A stretch of DNA of 26,383 bases. Source: Candidatus Micrarchaeia archaeon. GTDB lineage: Archaea; Micrarchaeota; Micrarchaeia; Anstonellales; Bilamarchaeaceae. Shown piece after piece: positions 7,540 through 16,805 of this stretch. The position numbers and the translations under genes are program-made. The stretch spans positions 1 to 26,383 of the forward strand of contig JBKHJL010000011.1 of the NCBI GenBank assembly GCA_046538155.1, read 5' to 3'. How positions within the stretch are numbered: the first letter of the stretch is position 1; every line of letters starts with the position of its first letter. The notes beneath the pieces are model-generated. The model searched no databases and was not told the DNA's origin. It was given only the letters and a program-made list of their open reading frames with translations.

Positions 7540-8337
7540 ATGCCTCCCAACCACCTTATTTCGTTTTCCTCAGCAGAGAAGCCGCAGATAACCTACTGGG
7601 AAGGGGACGAGGAAAAAACCGCGGTTGTTGAGGGTGAAACATCAATCCTGTTTGAGGGCAGGAAATCCTGCGTAGGCTTCAGGGGAAGGCGGAACAGGCA
7701 CAGGTGCCCCTACAGGTATGAGGGAAGAATACAGTGCCCCTTCTGTGGCTCAAGGGACATTTCCAGGATCTACACCCGCCATGATTTCAGGGGATATGAA
7801 GAGCTGGAGGAGGAGTTTTCAAAGCACCGCTTCAGCATCTACCTGGTTTCTTTTGGGGAAAGGATAAAATGCGGAGTAACCCACCAGGAAAGGGTTGAGC
7901 AGAGGGTGAGGGAGCAGGGTGCAGACTACTATTCAGAGATAATGCGCCTCCAGGGTGCGGAAGCATACGAGATGGAGCGGCTCCTGCAAAGCCATTTTGG
8001 ATTCAGCAATGCAGTGCAGGGAAGGACAAAGCTCAGGCTCCTTGGGCAGGAAAACGAGGCTGCACTGGAAAATGCCATAAGGGAGATAGAGTCCACACCC
8101 CCTTTCAACGAATACCTGCTGGACACCCCCATGCCCAGGAAGCTGGATTACCCTGTCCCTGAGAAATGCACAATCTCAGACTGCATAAATGGGGAGGTAA
8201 AGGGTGCAAAGGGCCCGCTCCTGTTTTTTGAGAATTCAGAAGGGGCGCATGTAACCAATATGAATGCAATGAAGGGGATGTTTTTTTCCACCGGGAGTAG
8301 TTTTATTTTTTCCGCACAAAATACTCACCATGATTGA
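7540..8337 (+). CDS. DUF2797-like protein
   Basis: Cys cluster CVG..CP..CPFC, then IYLVSFGERIKCGVT, RVREQGA and GEVKGAKG, a pattern typical of DUF2797. Confidence 0.75.
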   Translation: MPPNHLISFSSAEKPQITYWEGDEEKTAVVEGETSILFEGRKSCVGFRGRRNRHRCPYRYEGRIQCPFCGSRDISRIYTRHDFRGYEELEEEFSKHRFSIYLVSFGERIKCGVTHQERVEQRVREQGADYYSEIMRLQGAEAYEMERLLQSHFGFSNAVQGRTKLRLLGQENEAALENAIREIESTPPFNEYLLDTPMPRKLDYPVPEKCTISDCINGEVKGAKGPLLFFENSEGAHVTNMNAMKGMFFSTGSSFIFSAQNTHHD

Positions 8338-8770
8338 ATTCCTTGTCGCATTTTTTGCGCTTCTTCCAATCCCCGCATCTCTGCGGCTAGGGTTCCGCAT
8401 TTCCCTTGCCCGCCCCCACATCCTTTTCCTGATATTGTTTGCGTTTTCTTCTGTGGCGGCCGCACTGGTTTTACCGCTTCCGGGAACGGTTCTTGCACCT
8501 GCAGCTTTCTTATGGTGTTTCCTGGCAATCTCTGCTGCAGAGGGGCTTTTTAGGGTTGCACCCCGCCCGGTTTCCGCAGCTTTTCTGTTTATAGTTTTTC
8601 TGGGCCAGGCTGCATTTTCGCTACAGGTATACGAGGGAATGGAAATTGCAGCATTGCGGGAACTCGCATGGCCTCTGGGCCTTGCGGCAATATTCCTGAT
8701 ATGGGGCTTTTTTGAGCTTTGGAAGAAATCAGGCGGAAGGTTCAGCGGCCCCGGAAAGCAATTCCGGTAA
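8330..8770 (+). CDS. Hypothetical membrane protein
   Basis: 146 aa with 4-5 hydrophobic segments. Its start overlaps the upstream gene end. Confidence 0.6.
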   Translation: MIEFLVAFFALLPIPASLRLGFRISLARPHILFLILFAFSSVAAALVLPLPGTVLAPAAFLWCFLAISAAEGLFRVAPRPVSAAFLFIVFLGQAAFSLQVYEGMEIAALRELAWPLGLAAIFLIWGFFELWKKSGGRFSGPGKQFR

Positions 8771-8990
8771 GCGCAAGGAACATCAGCACCAGTACCCCCG
8801 GAATCCCCCAGATTACTGTGATGAGCAGCGTCCAGATGCTTATTTCTATTTTTATCCCCAGCCAGCCAAGCAGCTTAAGTGCAATCAGGGCAATAAGTGA
8901 GTTTATGAACAGTGCCATGGGCCCAAAGAGCTCCAGAGCATACCAGAAGAAAACAATTGCAAGCACCAGCAGAATCAATTCTTTTATCAT
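8742..8990 (-). CDS. BofA (pro-sigmaK processing inhibitor) family-like small membrane protein
   Basis: INSLIALIALKLLGWLGIKIEISIWTLLITVIWGIPGVLVL matches the family pattern (NS...GIPG). Confidence 0.75.
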   Translation of the reverse strand: MIKELILLVLAIVFFWYALELFGPMALFINSLIALIALKLLGWLGIKIEISIWTLLITVIWGIPGVLVLMFLALTGIAFRGR

Positions 8991-9040
8991 GCTATTCACA
9001 CCCAGCTAAAATTTATTAATTTTAGGCTCGCGTTATTCCC

Positions 9041-9724
9041 ATGAAATATAAAACGGAAGGCACGGTGATGCCGCTATTGCATATTTTTCTGGATGAAGGG
9101 GAATCAGTCATTTCTGAAAGGGGCGCAATGATATGGATGGACGATAACATAGATATGCACACCGGCTCTCATGGGGGAATTGGGGGAGGAGTCCACCGCA
9201 TGTTAATGGGCGAATCCTTTTTCATAAACAAGTTCACCGCAAAGGGCGGCCCCGGCTCAGTTTCTTTTGGCCTGTCCGCACCCGGAGAGATAATGGATTT
9301 TAAAATCGGGGAAGGGAAAGAGCTTATCTGCCAGAAGGATGCCTTCCTTGCAGCAACCGAAGGCATAAATCTTACCTCGTATGTAAAGAAAAAGCTCATG
9401 GTGGGGTTTGCAGGGGGAGAAGGCTTCATACTCCAGAAGCTTTCAGGTGAAGGCCACGTTTTCCTGGAAATAGACGGGGAGGTTTACAAAAAGTACCTGG
9501 AAGCAGGAGAGAGCATTTATGTTGAAACAGGAAGCATTGCTGCATTTGAGCGTAGTGTTTCCTATGATGTGCAGCGCCTGAAGGGAGTACGCAACGTACT
9601 TTTTGGGGGAGAAGGGTTCTGGCTCTCAAAGCTTACAGGGCCTGGAACCATATACCTCCAGACAATGAGCATGAGCCTGCTTGCAGAGCGCATAATCCCT
9701 TTCCTGCCTTTCAGGAAAAAATAG
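9041..9724 (+). CDS. TIGR00266/AIM24 family protein
   Basis: GESVISERGAM, GESFFINKF, QKDAFLA, GGEGFILQKLSGEG and LTGPGTIYLQT motifs. Confidence 0.93.
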   Translation: MKYKTEGTVMPLLHIFLDEGESVISERGAMIWMDDNIDMHTGSHGGIGGGVHRMLMGESFFINKFTAKGGPGSVSFGLSAPGEIMDFKIGEGKELICQKDAFLAATEGINLTSYVKKKLMVGFAGGEGFILQKLSGEGHVFLEIDGEVYKKYLEAGESIYVETGSIAAFERSVSYDVQRLKGVRNVLFGGEGFWLSKLTGPGTIYLQTMSMSLLAERIIPFLPFRKK

Positions 9725-9725
9725 C

Positions 9726-10973
9726 CTACTGGTTGAGCTCGCACTTCTCCATTTCTTCAAGAAGGAGAAGGGTATCTATGTCATCCTCAATTCCGTTTTC
9801 CTTGCGGTTCTTGCTTACCGAGCCGTAAATGGGGGATTCGGGGTCATCTATCTGCTCCATCAGAATCCGTTCTCTCATGAGCACGGCAAAGTCACAGTCC
9901 CCCAGGCGTATTGCATTCCTGCCTGCAAGCGCATAGGTTTCCATTTCCTCAATCCCGTTTCCTGTTCCCAGGTTTTCCATGTGGTAGGCGCTGCTTATCT
10001 TGCCTGTTTTTTCCCACTCTGTTTTCATCTTGTTGTGGAGGGTTGTTGCAGGCACATACGTTTTATAATCGGAATAATACATTCCGCCCCTCAGCATATG
10101 TGATGTTTTGCACACATCCTTCCCTACAGGGTATTCCCGCCTGCTGTCTACAATATCATATTCCTGCCAGAAGAGCCCGTTTGACTGGTCCTGGCATGTA
10201 AGGAACTGTTGATTTGTTTTTACAACCATTACTCTCCAGATGGGGTCGTCCTCTGCAAGCGTCTGCATCACTTCCCAGCGCAGGTCATCAATATCCATCC
10301 TGGTGCTGGTATGGACTCCGTTCTCATCCCAGGTGAATCCTTTACTCACTATATTCATATACTGGTTGTGTTCAACCATCTGGTCTGCCATCTCCTTCCC
10401 TGCGGCCTTGTATCCGTACCCCTCCCCCCATTTTTCCTCTGCTTCGTAAAGGGCCCATAAAATTCGCATGTCATCATCAGTACTGGTGCGGTTTTCCTTT
10501 GGCTGGTAGTTGTCAGCCCATATTGCAAAATAGGGTAACCCATATTCGTTGTCAAGGAAGTGCTCCTGTACAAAATTCCATTCCTTGTCAAAAAGCTCCT
10601 TGTCATCCACAAGCAATGCATATTCCATCATCTGGCCCATTGTTTCTGCCAGGATGTATGGCCTGCCGTTCCCGTATTGGTCCCTCACGCCCCCGTTTTC
10701 ATCCATCATCTGGACAGTGATGAACCACTCAAGCCTTTCCTGTGGCTCTATTTCCCGGGCACTGTCTTCAGGTGGAAGAACTTCTTCTTCAGTACCGGCC
10801 TCCTCTTCCCCATCCCCGTTTTCCGGTTCAACTTCTGCCTGGTAGCCGGAGGTGGTAATGTCTTCTGTTTCTCCGGCTTCCTCAACTTCCCCGTTTTCAA
10901 ATTCAAAATAGCCAGGGCACCCGAAAGTCCCCATGGCAATAACCAGCATTGCGAATATCCAAAAGCGTTTCAT
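9726..10973 (-). CDS. Glycoside hydrolase family 8-like lipoprotein
   Basis: Signal peptide ending FGC and an acidic linker. AETMGQMMEYA..DKELFD..W and TSTDDDMRILWALYEAEEKWG match GH8 catalytic segments. Confidence 0.75.
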   Translation of the reverse strand: MKRFWIFAMLVIAMGTFGCPGYFEFENGEVEEAGETEDITTSGYQAEVEPENGDGEEEAGTEEEVLPPEDSAREIEPQERLEWFITVQMMDENGGVRDQYGNGRPYILAETMGQMMEYALLVDDKELFDKEWNFVQEHFLDNEYGLPYFAIWADNYQPKENRTSTDDDMRILWALYEAEEKWGEGYGYKAAGKEMADQMVEHNQYMNIVSKGFTWDENGVHTSTRMDIDDLRWEVMQTLAEDDPIWRVMVVKTNQQFLTCQDQSNGLFWQEYDIVDSRREYPVGKDVCKTSHMLRGGMYYSDYKTYVPATTLHNKMKTEWEKTGKISSAYHMENLGTGNGIEEMETYALAGRNAIRLGDCDFAVLMRERILMEQIDDPESPIYGSVSKNRKENGIEDDIDTLLLLEEMEKCELNQ

Positions 10974-11005
10974 GCACCCATAATCCCATGAAAGGGTTTT
11001 ATATT

Positions 11006-11404
11006 TTACCTTCTCCCTGCAAAAAGCATTCCTGCAAGTGCAGCCAGCATAAAGCCGACTGAGCAGAGCCCCCTTTCCCCAACGGGTTCAGTGCTGTTTT
11101 CCTGTGAGGGGCTTTCCTGCTCTGAAGCCACCCCCATCACACAATCCCCGTGTTCATCGGCACATTTTCCGACTGCTTCAGAGAAAACTGCATCGCTCCC
11201 GCCGTAGCACCCCTGGTTCAGCTCATTGAAATTCCCTCCTGCCTTTTCACACCCCTCCCTAAGGCACTGCACATATTCCTGGTAGCATCCTGAATCATCC
11301 CCTGTGGGAGAGCCGGATGTTTCTCCTCCTGTGGTTTCACCCACATTAACAATCTGGCCTGAGAACACCAGGCCAACCAGCAAAATCCCAAGCATCCATT
11401 TCAT
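11006..11404 (-). CDS. Secreted Cys-rich protein with a C-terminal Cys-TM-RR (CGP-CTERM-like) anchor
   Basis: Signal peptide MKWMLGILLVGLVFS, a 6-Cys domain, and C-terminus GLCSVGFMLAALAGMLFAGRR. Confidence 0.7.
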   Translation of the reverse strand: MKWMLGILLVGLVFSGQIVNVGETTGGETSGSPTGDDSGCYQEYVQCLREGCEKAGGNFNELNQGCYGGSDAVFSEAVGKCADEHGDCVMGVASEQESPSQENSTEPVGERGLCSVGFMLAALAGMLFAGRR

Positions 11405-11405
11405 A

Positions 11406-11939
11406 TTATCCCTGTTTATATACTGCAACATCTGCCCAGTAGGCATACCCTGCATACCCTGCAGCAGTTTCAAAGACCTTTATCCTGTATTCGTCTCCCT
11501 CCGGGGAGTTCCAGTAGGTGCTTTCCCCTGGGCACACCTTGTCCTGGAAAAGCGTCCTCACATAAGTGTCTGTCTGTTCCCCTACTCTCACAGCTGCACA
11601 CGGGTATGGCTTGTCATCTGTAATATCATCTACTATAAGGAGGTATCCGTCAAACTCCACTGCCTGCAGCTTCCTGTGGGTTTCGTCAATTTCTTCTTCA
11701 ACCCCTACCCCCCAGTGGACCAGTTCCTCTTCATCAGCTTCCGGCTCTTCACTGGCAGCAGGAGTTTCCTCCTCCTCTGCTTGTTCTGCAGGTGCTGTTT
11801 CTTCCCCGGATTCAGCATCCCCTGTTTCCTGAGGGGCAGGAGGCATTTCCTGGGTTTCTCCCCCCGCCGGTACATCCTGGCTTCCTGTGCATCCGCCCAG
11901 GATAAGCCCAAAAATCATAAGCAGAATCAATACTCTCAT
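11406..11939 (-). CDS. Hypothetical lipoprotein-like protein
   Basis: Lipobox-like LILGGC, an acidic Pro/Glu linker and a small globular domain. Confidence 0.75.
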   Translation of the reverse strand: MRVLILLMIFGLILGGCTGSQDVPAGGETQEMPPAPQETGDAESGEETAPAEQAEEEETPAASEEPEADEEELVHWGVGVEEEIDETHRKLQAVEFDGYLLIVDDITDDKPYPCAAVRVGEQTDTYVRTLFQDKVCPGESTYWNSPEGDEYRIKVFETAAGYAGYAYWADVAVYKQG

Positions 11940-12038
11940 AATGTTTCTAGCTCTGTCGGGGTTTAAATTTCTTATCTAAAATGTGTTAGTATATGGTATT
12001 ATGGATACATTTATAAATTTCACTTGAGAATTTGATGC

Positions 12039-13073
12039 ATGGTGTTATTTATACGCAAGGTGAATGCTGCAAAAATCCGAAAGGTGTCTTTGCAGGAACG
12101 GAGTCCGAAGAATTCGTTTGAACGCCGCATCCTGGAAAGCCTGCTAAGGGCAAAGATATATCTTAAAGTAATATATGGAGTTAGAATACAAAAAATGCCA
12201 GCAGTTGTGGTTTCTGCAAGGATGCTGTTTGCGGACAGGGAAACCTCTTCTGCATATTTGAAGGAACTCTCAGCCAGGGAGCAGGCCCCCCCACTTCTGG
12301 CTTCTACAGAACATTACAGGAGTCTGGATTCAGAACTCCTTGCAAAAATAACGGCGGTTACTTTTGCATTAACCTCTTCTTCCCGGCCTACATACCACCC
12401 GGAATTACAGGCTATCCGAGTCCCTCCCACCTATTTATTGCCCCCTAGTGCTCTTAACAATATAGAAGAAACAATCATACGCGAACTGATTCACCATGCA
12501 CTTTGGGAGCAGAAAAGCCCGGTCTATTCAGTGAAAAAGCACTGGCTTTATCCTGATACATTCAATACTCCGTTGGATGCTGCCAATGAAGGCTTGGCAA
12601 CATATCTGCAATACCGTAAACTTCCCTCAAATCTGAAAAGCAGAAAAGAGATAGCCGAATCTATTATAAATTACCCCCTAACAATGGTCAAAAATGTTGG
12701 TTATGCATTGAAAACAGCAATAAGCCATCCCCCTCTCTTCCTATCATCTTCAGCAGGAATTTTGATTTCTGCAGTTACCTGGCTTAAGAAACTAGCTTCA
12801 GTAACTCTGAGAAATACAATATGGAGAAAACCGGAGAGATTTGTCAGGGCCTTACATACAAATCCCCTTTCATATCCTGCTTTTGATAAATATTCAGATG
12901 GCCTTGAATTTGTAAAAAAAGTTGCAAAAGAACTCATCCGCCCTAATGCCACATTTAATGCAATATGCCACACCCCTCCCACAACTTATGAAGAAGTCAT
13001 AATGCCTGAAAAATATCTGGAGAGGCTCAGAAAAATAAGACCTGAGCTTTTCAAGAAAAAGTATCTCCCATAA
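12039..13073 (+). CDS. Hypothetical protein with degenerate gluzincin-like motifs
   Basis: 344-aa AT-rich ORF with IIRELIHH and a downstream NEGLATY. A TATA-like TTTATAAA lies about 22-29 nt upstream. Confidence 0.65.
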   Translation: MVLFIRKVNAAKIRKVSLQERSPKNSFERRILESLLRAKIYLKVIYGVRIQKMPAVVVSARMLFADRETSSAYLKELSAREQAPPLLASTEHYRSLDSELLAKITAVTFALTSSSRPTYHPELQAIRVPPTYLLPPSALNNIEETIIRELIHHALWEQKSPVYSVKKHWLYPDTFNTPLDAANEGLATYLQYRKLPSNLKSRKEIAESIINYPLTMVKNVGYALKTAISHPPLFLSSSAGILISAVTWLKKLASVTLRNTIWRKPERFVRALHTNPLSYPAFDKYSDGLEFVKKVAKELIRPNATFNAICHTPPTTYEEVIMPEKYLERLRKIRPELFKKKYLP

Positions 13074-13107
13074 CACATTTTAATTTTCCCCGCATATCCT
13101 TCCTAAG

Positions 13108-13419
13108 GTGATTAAATTGAAGAAAATATTTGCAGCCGCATTTGCCCTGCTCCTTTTTGGATGCATGGGGTTGGGGACAACCCCGATTGAGGATATAAAT
13201 GAAAATCCCTCAGAATACACCGGAAAAAAGATAACCGTACACGGCACGGTTGAAAACACGGTAAAGCTGGGTTCGCTTTCAGGATATACTCTCACGGACG
13301 AGGATGGGAATTCCCTAAGGGTTTCCAGCGAGTCTCTCCCTGCAGAAGGAAAAGAGGTAACCGTTTCAGGGGTATTTATGAAGGATTCACTTTTTGGCCA
13401 CTACCTCCAGGTATCTTAG
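13108..13419 (+). CDS. OB-fold lipoprotein-like protein
   Basis: LLLFGC lipobox, then IEDINENPSEYTGKKITVHGTV...YTLTD...LPAEGKEVTVSG. Confidence 0.75.
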   Translation: MIKLKKIFAAAFALLLFGCMGLGTTPIEDINENPSEYTGKKITVHGTVENTVKLGSLSGYTLTDEDGNSLRVSSESLPAEGKEVTVSGVFMKDSLFGHYLQVS

Positions 13420-13422
13420 AAA

Positions 13423-14934
13423 TCAGGAGGAGTGCCCGTTTCTTTTTCTATCGTATTCCACCATCCATTTCTTGATTGCAGAAATAATCTTATCTCCGAT
13501 TGGGGTAATGGGATGTGCCTGCCCCTTGCTTTCCACTGTATTTATCATCATTGTTTTTCTGTTTTTATCAGTTGAAACTACTCCATGGGATTTCAGGAAG
13601 CCCAGGGTTTCATTTGCCCTGCCCCCGGGCCGCCCCCCTCCATCGTCCAGGGCACGCCTGATGTTTTTTTCAATTACCGCTGTAGGAAAATACTGATTGC
13701 CCACTGCCCTTTTTGGTGTGGTAAGCGCGAATCCACGGATTATGGTCTTTTTTACATCCAGGATGTTAAGCCCCCCGTCCCTTATTTCCGATTTAACCCC
13801 GTTAGTGAACTCAAGCATCTTGTAGGGGCCACTGTCCCTTTCTCGTGGCTCTTCTTCCTGTTCTTCCCTGCCGGAGCTTTCTTTTATTTTGTCAAGGGCC
13901 CCCTGAAGCTCAGGATGCCTGTGCACAACTCTTGGCAGGTTTTCCGGCTTTTCCAGGATTTCCTTCCATTCCTTCCTCTCCAGATGTTTGAGGCACATTT
14001 TTGCTCCCCTGTCTGCCCCCTTCCCCAGGGGCGGGGAGAGAATTTTGGCCAGCTGACCCCTGATTTCGCTCTTGGATATTTTGGGCTTTCCTGAGTTCTG
14101 CTCCGCAGAGGATTTCGCCATGGGCTCTGGACCGGCCGGGTATGCTCTGGAGGGGAATACATCATCCAGGTCATCCCGCTTTCTCATCAGGCATTTTTCC
14201 AGTTGTGTTTCTGCATCTTTAGGATAAAGCATTTGAAGCAGGGCGCTCGCCACCATGTATTCGCCTTTTCCGGCTATTATATCTGAATATTCTTTAGGGT
14301 ATATTTTTTCTGCCATCTCCTCCGGAAGATCCTGCAGCTCCGTTCCATAGCTGGCCTTCAGCCTGGAAGGGAAAGAGAGGTCAAATACTGATGCAGCAGC
14401 ACTCAGGTGGGCAGTTATTCTTATAATCTCCGCGAATTGCTGCTGCATCTCCCGGTGTACATCAATCATCTGGTCCAGCAGCTCAGGGTCAAGAACTCCG
14501 AGAGAGTCACTAACTTCCAGGTACCTTTGTTTAGCAGTGTTCCTGAATTCAACATGTGTTTCTCTCAATTGTTCTGCAAATACATGCTGGTCCCCTGTCC
14601 ATTCTGAGAAACTGTCTTTTGCTTCATGTGCAGTCCACAGCACTCCGGCACACGTCCCCTCAAGCTTTTCTTCAAATGCACCTTCAAGAAATTTTTTCCG
14701 GTTCATAGATGCGAGCTTTTCCTGTTCCCTATCTATCCAGGACATATCAGAGGTAAACATACTGGCAGATGAAACCAGTTTGCGTATGAACCGGTCTGTT
14801 TTTTCATGTTCATTAAGTATCAGGGTCTGTAGTTTGGAATGTGCCCTTGAAAATTTCCTGTTGGATTTTTTAAGGGGCTGGCTGGTTTTATTAATTACGA
14901 AATTCAGCGTTGTGCGGTTTATCTGCCTTGGCAT
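13423..14934 (-). CDS. Hypothetical protein (helical N-terminal half)
   Basis: Long ORF. ATG 14934 is preferred because a TATA-like TATTAAAA sits about 25-30 nt upstream. Confidence 0.7.
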   Translation of the reverse strand: MPRQINRTTLNFVINKTSQPLKKSNRKFSRAHSKLQTLILNEHEKTDRFIRKLVSSASMFTSDMSWIDREQEKLASMNRKKFLEGAFEEKLEGTCAGVLWTAHEAKDSFSEWTGDQHVFAEQLRETHVEFRNTAKQRYLEVSDSLGVLDPELLDQMIDVHREMQQQFAEIIRITAHLSAAASVFDLSFPSRLKASYGTELQDLPEEMAEKIYPKEYSDIIAGKGEYMVASALLQMLYPKDAETQLEKCLMRKRDDLDDVFPSRAYPAGPEPMAKSSAEQNSGKPKISKSEIRGQLAKILSPPLGKGADRGAKMCLKHLERKEWKEILEKPENLPRVVHRHPELQGALDKIKESSGREEQEEEPRERDSGPYKMLEFTNGVKSEIRDGGLNILDVKKTIIRGFALTTPKRAVGNQYFPTAVIEKNIRRALDDGGGRPGGRANETLGFLKSHGVVSTDKNRKTMMINTVESKGQAHPITPIGDKIISAIKKWMVEYDRKRNGHSS

Positions 14935-14966
14935 GTTCTGTTTTATGGGTAAAGGTGTTTTAATAT

Positions 14967-15569
14967 TTATTCCCTCTTCAAAAACAGCCACAGAGAAGCG
15001 AACAGCAGGACTGCGGACACTGCAAAAAGCCCGAACTCAAACAGAGGGAATCCTGTTTCTGCTTGCTTGGGCTGTTCCCCGGCTCCCCAAGTGCCACTCT
15101 TCTCACTATCTGCATCTTCTTCCGGCTCCTCAGCAACCGCCAGCATCCGGGTTTCCTCTGGACCGGCAGTTTCTTCAACTCCTCCCATAATAACTGAATC
15201 CGCAAAGCCAGCTTCAGCCTGGGAATACTCCCCAAAAGAAGTCATTAGATTCCACCCGCTCCCCAGAACAAGAAACAGGCTTACTGCAAGCATTATAACG
15301 AATTTTGCAGGAGTAGGGTTTGCAACCTTTTTGCCTTTGCGGGTAAGCTCATAGTATTTCCATTTTCTGCCCTCGTCCAGCTGGGCAATCAGCCCGGCAT
15401 CAACGAGCACAGCAAGGTGCTCCTTGGTGGTAGAGTTGGAAAGCCCCAGCTCCTTTGCAAGCTCAGTAAGTGTTTTCCTCCTCCCTGAAAGCGCCTTAAG
15501 GAGCCGCACCCGCGAATCTGCTGCGAGCGCCTCAAAGCTCCTGCGGTCAAGTTTTATGGTATCGTCCAT
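14967..15569 (-). CDS. ArsR-type winged-helix regulator with two C-terminal TM helices
   Basis: FEALAADSRVRLLKAL..RKTLTELAKELGLSNSTTKEHLAVLVDAGLI..GRKWKYYELT, then TM, acidic loop, TM. Confidence 0.85.
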   Translation of the reverse strand: MDDTIKLDRRSFEALAADSRVRLLKALSGRRKTLTELAKELGLSNSTTKEHLAVLVDAGLIAQLDEGRKWKYYELTRKGKKVANPTPAKFVIMLAVSLFLVLGSGWNLMTSFGEYSQAEAGFADSVIMGGVEETAGPEETRMLAVAEEPEEDADSEKSGTWGAGEQPKQAETGFPLFEFGLFAVSAVLLFASLWLFLKRE

Positions 15570-15660
15570 CCCCATCAGCATTGTTTTCCCCTGCAATCCT
15601 TTTATTCCGATGCCGGAACAGGCCCCTGCAAAAATGCTGCCCTTCTGGCAGGGGAGCAGT

Positions 15661-15735
15661 AGTTTATGGTTTCCTGTTTTCTGTTGCGGAACCCAAAACC
15701 CCAAACCGCAAACCTGAATTACCGGAACAGGGAAT
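15661..15735. repeat. Copy of the heptamer-periodic repeat in a divergent intergenic region
   Basis: AGTTTAT GGTTTCC TGTTTTC TGTTGCG, then AACCCAA AACCCCA AACCGCA AACCTGA. Two 12-mers are shared with 1831-1855. Confidence 0.6.
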
Positions 15736-15821
15736 TCTCCTGCTTCATGGTTATATGTGGAACTGTTTTCTTTCGGTTTTTGCCGAAAGGAGTTTTATTT
15801 GTTTTCGTGCATAGTATTTGC

Positions 15822-16241
15822 ATGGAGGCTCCGCAGGGAGAGGAGAAGAGAATACTGTTCTGCCCCAAATGCGGATATGTTCCTGCCTCAGGGGATTACT
15901 TTAATATTGAGAGCAGGAGTGAAGGCAAGTTCCTGAACATAAAAGCAGAAGAGGAACTAGATTGCTCATCCTGCGGTTATTCCGGAAATTTTGCTTCAGT
16001 TCCTGAGTCAACTGTTTCAGGCCTCCAGTTCAGCAACGATTCCCTTGATGTTTCCGCAGGCCAGGCAGAAGAGGGGATAAAGCGGGTATATCTTTATGCG
16101 CTGGGCATTCTTATCATAATCTTTATTGCACTCCAGACCTCCAGCCTCCTGCTTGCTGCTTCATTTGCAGTGCTGCTCGCTGCCGCAATTTTTTATGTAG
16201 AGCTCAGCGCGGGGAAGAAGGGGCCCCAGGCACCCATATAA
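15822..16241 (+). CDS. Zinc-ribbon protein with a C-terminal TM hairpin
   Basis: FCPKCG...CSSCGYSG plus two hydrophobic helices. Confidence 0.7.
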   Translation: MEAPQGEEKRILFCPKCGYVPASGDYFNIESRSEGKFLNIKAEEELDCSSCGYSGNFASVPESTVSGLQFSNDSLDVSAGQAEEGIKRVYLYALGILIIIFIALQTSSLLLAASFAVLLAAAIFYVELSAGKKGPQAPI

Positions 16242-16263
16242 ATCTTTACCACATAATCAGGCT

Positions 16264-16575
16264 ATGGCCGGTCCCTCCAGAAAAGAGCTGAAGCGGGCAA
16301 TGCAGAAGCTTTTTCTTGCAAAAGACAAAAAAGAAAAGAGGCAGCGCTCAAAGGAATTTACAAAGCTGCTTTTTTCTTTTGTGGAATCCCGGGCCGCAGG
16401 GGAAAGCGAAAACAGCATAATGGAAAAGCAGATGGCTGCCCTTGGTCTTTTTACAAATTACTTGTTCAGGAAAAACAAAGAGAAGAAGGAAGGGGGAACG
16501 CCCCCGGAGCAGGTACTGACTGAAATCTCAGAAGAGGCGGATGAGCTTTTTGATGAGCTTGAAGCCGGCGCATGA
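16264..16575 (+). CDS. Hypothetical protein
   Basis: 103-aa charged helical ORF co-oriented with the upstream gene. Confidence 0.65.
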   Translation: MAGPSRKELKRAMQKLFLAKDKKEKRQRSKEFTKLLFSFVESRAAGESENSIMEKQMAALGLFTNYLFRKNKEKKEGGTPPEQVLTEISEEADELFDELEAGA

Positions 16576-16576
16576 A

Positions 16577-16765
16577 CTAATCCGCCAGCCTGAGCAGCTT
16601 GTTTATCTCGTTTCTCCTGGTTTTTGAGCACGTGTCGCAAAAAATATACGTTACGTCGTTAATGCTTCTCATTCTCTCTCCATGCTCCTCTATCTCTGCC
16701 CCGCAGAGGGAGCAGTTGTCCAGTCCTCCGAATCCTTGCATGATGGTCACCTTGCCCTTTTTCAT
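16577..16765 (-). CDS. Small CxxC..CxxC zinc-binding protein
   Basis: CSLCGAEI...YIFCDTC, with an AGGT RBS before the ATG. Confidence 0.65.
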   Translation of the reverse strand: MKKGKVTIMQGFGGLDNCSLCGAEIEEHGERMRSINDVTYIFCDTCSKTRRNEINKLLRLAD

Positions 16766-16805
16766 TTACCTGAAAAAATAAAAGCGTTTTCTTTGAAAGT
16801 CTATC

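Noticed and set aside
15570..15821. Long N-terminal extensions of the ArsR and zinc-ribbon ORFs
   Set aside because: They overlap each other across a repeat-containing divergent promoter region, and downstream ATGs fit better.
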